Assembly (NCBI RefSeq): GCF_963921235.1
Contig: NC_086108.1
Location: 23,374,001 to 23,438,000 of the forward strand
Direction: 5' to 3'
DNA length: 64,000 nucleotides
Origin: Mobula hypostoma
Lineage: Eukaryota
Both the position numbers and the translations under genes were made by a program. Shown in pieces: positions 62,938-64,000 of the stretch (positions are counted from its first letter, which is position 1; each line of letters begins with the position of its first letter). The notes under the pieces are model-generated. The model did not search any database and was not told where the DNA came from. It saw only the letters and a list, made by a program, of their open reading frames with translations.

Positions 62938-64000
62938 ATGATAGGATTGAAGGCAGATAAATCCCCAGGGCCAGATGGTCTGCATCCCAGAGTGCTTAAG
63001 GAAGTGGCCCAAGAAATAGTGGATGCATTAGTGATAATTTTTCAAAACTCGTTAGATTCTGGACTAGTTCCTGAGGATTGGAGGGTGGCTAATGTAACCC
63101 CACTTTTTAAAAAAGGAGGGAGAGAGAAACCGGGGAATTATAGGCCGGTTAGCCTAACGTCGGTGGTGGGGAAACTGCTGGAGTCAGTTATCAAGGATGT
63201 GATAACAGCACATTTGGAAAGCGGTGAAATGATCGGACAAAGTCAGCATGGATTTGTGAAAGGAAAATCATGTCTGACGAATCTCATAACATTTTTTGAG
63301 GATGTAACTAGTAGAGTGGATAGGGGAGAACCAGTGGATGTGGTATATTTGGATTTTCAAAAGGCTTTTGACAAGGTCCCACATAGGAGATTAGTGTGCA
63401 AACTTAAAGCACACGGTATTGGGGGTAAGGTATTGGTGTGGGTGGAGAATTGGTTAGCAGACAGGAAGCAAAGAGTGGGAATAAACGGGACCTTTTCAGA
63501 ATGGCAGGCGGTGACTAGTGGGGTACCGCAAGGCTCAGTGCTGGGACCCCAGTTGTTTACAATATATATTAATGACTTGGATGAGGGAATTAAATGCAGC
63601 ATCTCCAAGTTTGCGGATGACACGAAGCTGGGTGGCAGTGTTAGCAGTGAGGAGGATGCTAAGAGGATGCAGGGTGACTTGGATAGGTTGGGTGAGTGGG
63701 CAAACTCATGGCAGATGCAATTTAATGTGGATAAATGTGAAGTTATCCACTTTGGTGGCAAAAATAGGAAAACAGATTATTATCTGAATGGTGGCCGATT
63801 AGGAAAAGGGGAGGTGCAACGAGACCTGGGTGTCATTATACACCAGTCATTGAAAGTGGGCATGCAGGTACAGCAGGCGGTGAAAAAGGCGAACGGTATG
63901 CTGGCATTTATAGCGAGAGGATTCGAGTACAGGAGCAGGGAGGTACTACTGCAGTTGTACAAGGCCTTGGTGAGACCACACCTGGAGTATTGTGTGCAGT
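62938..64000 (+). mobile_element. Young 5'-truncated CR1 with an uninterrupted RT frame running off the window end
   Basis: Stop-free frame from ATG 62938: LKADKSPGPDG...NYRPVSLTS...YLDFQKAFDKVPH...GVPQGSVLGP...KFADDTK...RPHLEYCVQ. Confidence 0.93.

Noticed and set aside
62928..62940. Cryptic acceptor (tttgcag|gatg) that could fuse the pappalysin frame to the CR1 RT frame
   Set aside because: The upstream exon ends in phase 1, so the join reads GGA TGA (stop). The polypyrimidine tract is also weak.
63357..63761. 134-aa minus-strand ORF and similar antisense ORFs (239-508, 1058-1540, 6496-6909)
   Set aside because: These are shadow frames antisense to CR1 ORF2, with no independent evidence of coding.
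1..64000. Prokaryotic operon, CRISPR array, retron or DGR suggested by the many RT-like ORFs
   Set aside because: There is no repeat-spacer array and no operon structure. The RT fragments are decayed eukaryotic CR1, Penelope, Rex1 and RTE retrotransposons inside spliceosomal introns.
47517..64000. Next pappalysin exon (..LTC.EDGLWS..)
   Set aside because: No matching exon was found by eye. It probably lies beyond the window, although a divergent exon could have been missed.

Overview
This is eukaryotic genomic DNA, most likely from a cartilaginous fish (inferred from the CR1, V-SINE and Penelope repeat families). It is not prokaryotic. The window lies inside one + strand gene, a pappalysin most similar to PAPPA2. 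Seven internal coding exons (2511-2602, 11711-11907, 15025-15177, 16701-16836, 36119-36332, 37248-37413, 47339-47516) have canonical AG/GT sites and matching phases. They splice into one open frame covering a Cys-rich repeat, the M region and the first two CCP/sushi modules. The introns are dense with transposable elements: CR1 LINEs (one with an uninterrupted RT frame), Rex1/Babar-like, RTE and Vingi-like LINE remnants, Penelope-like elements, tRNA- and RTE-related SINEs, and Tc1/mariner, Tigger, hAT and PIF/Harbinger DNA elements. The most notable non-coding signals are minimal dimer-type hammerhead ribozymes of two sequence families in Penelope tails (one with an intact core at 60280-60315), several long fold-back elements, and multi-layer nested or composite MITEs. 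All family assignments come from reading motifs by eye; no database search was run.
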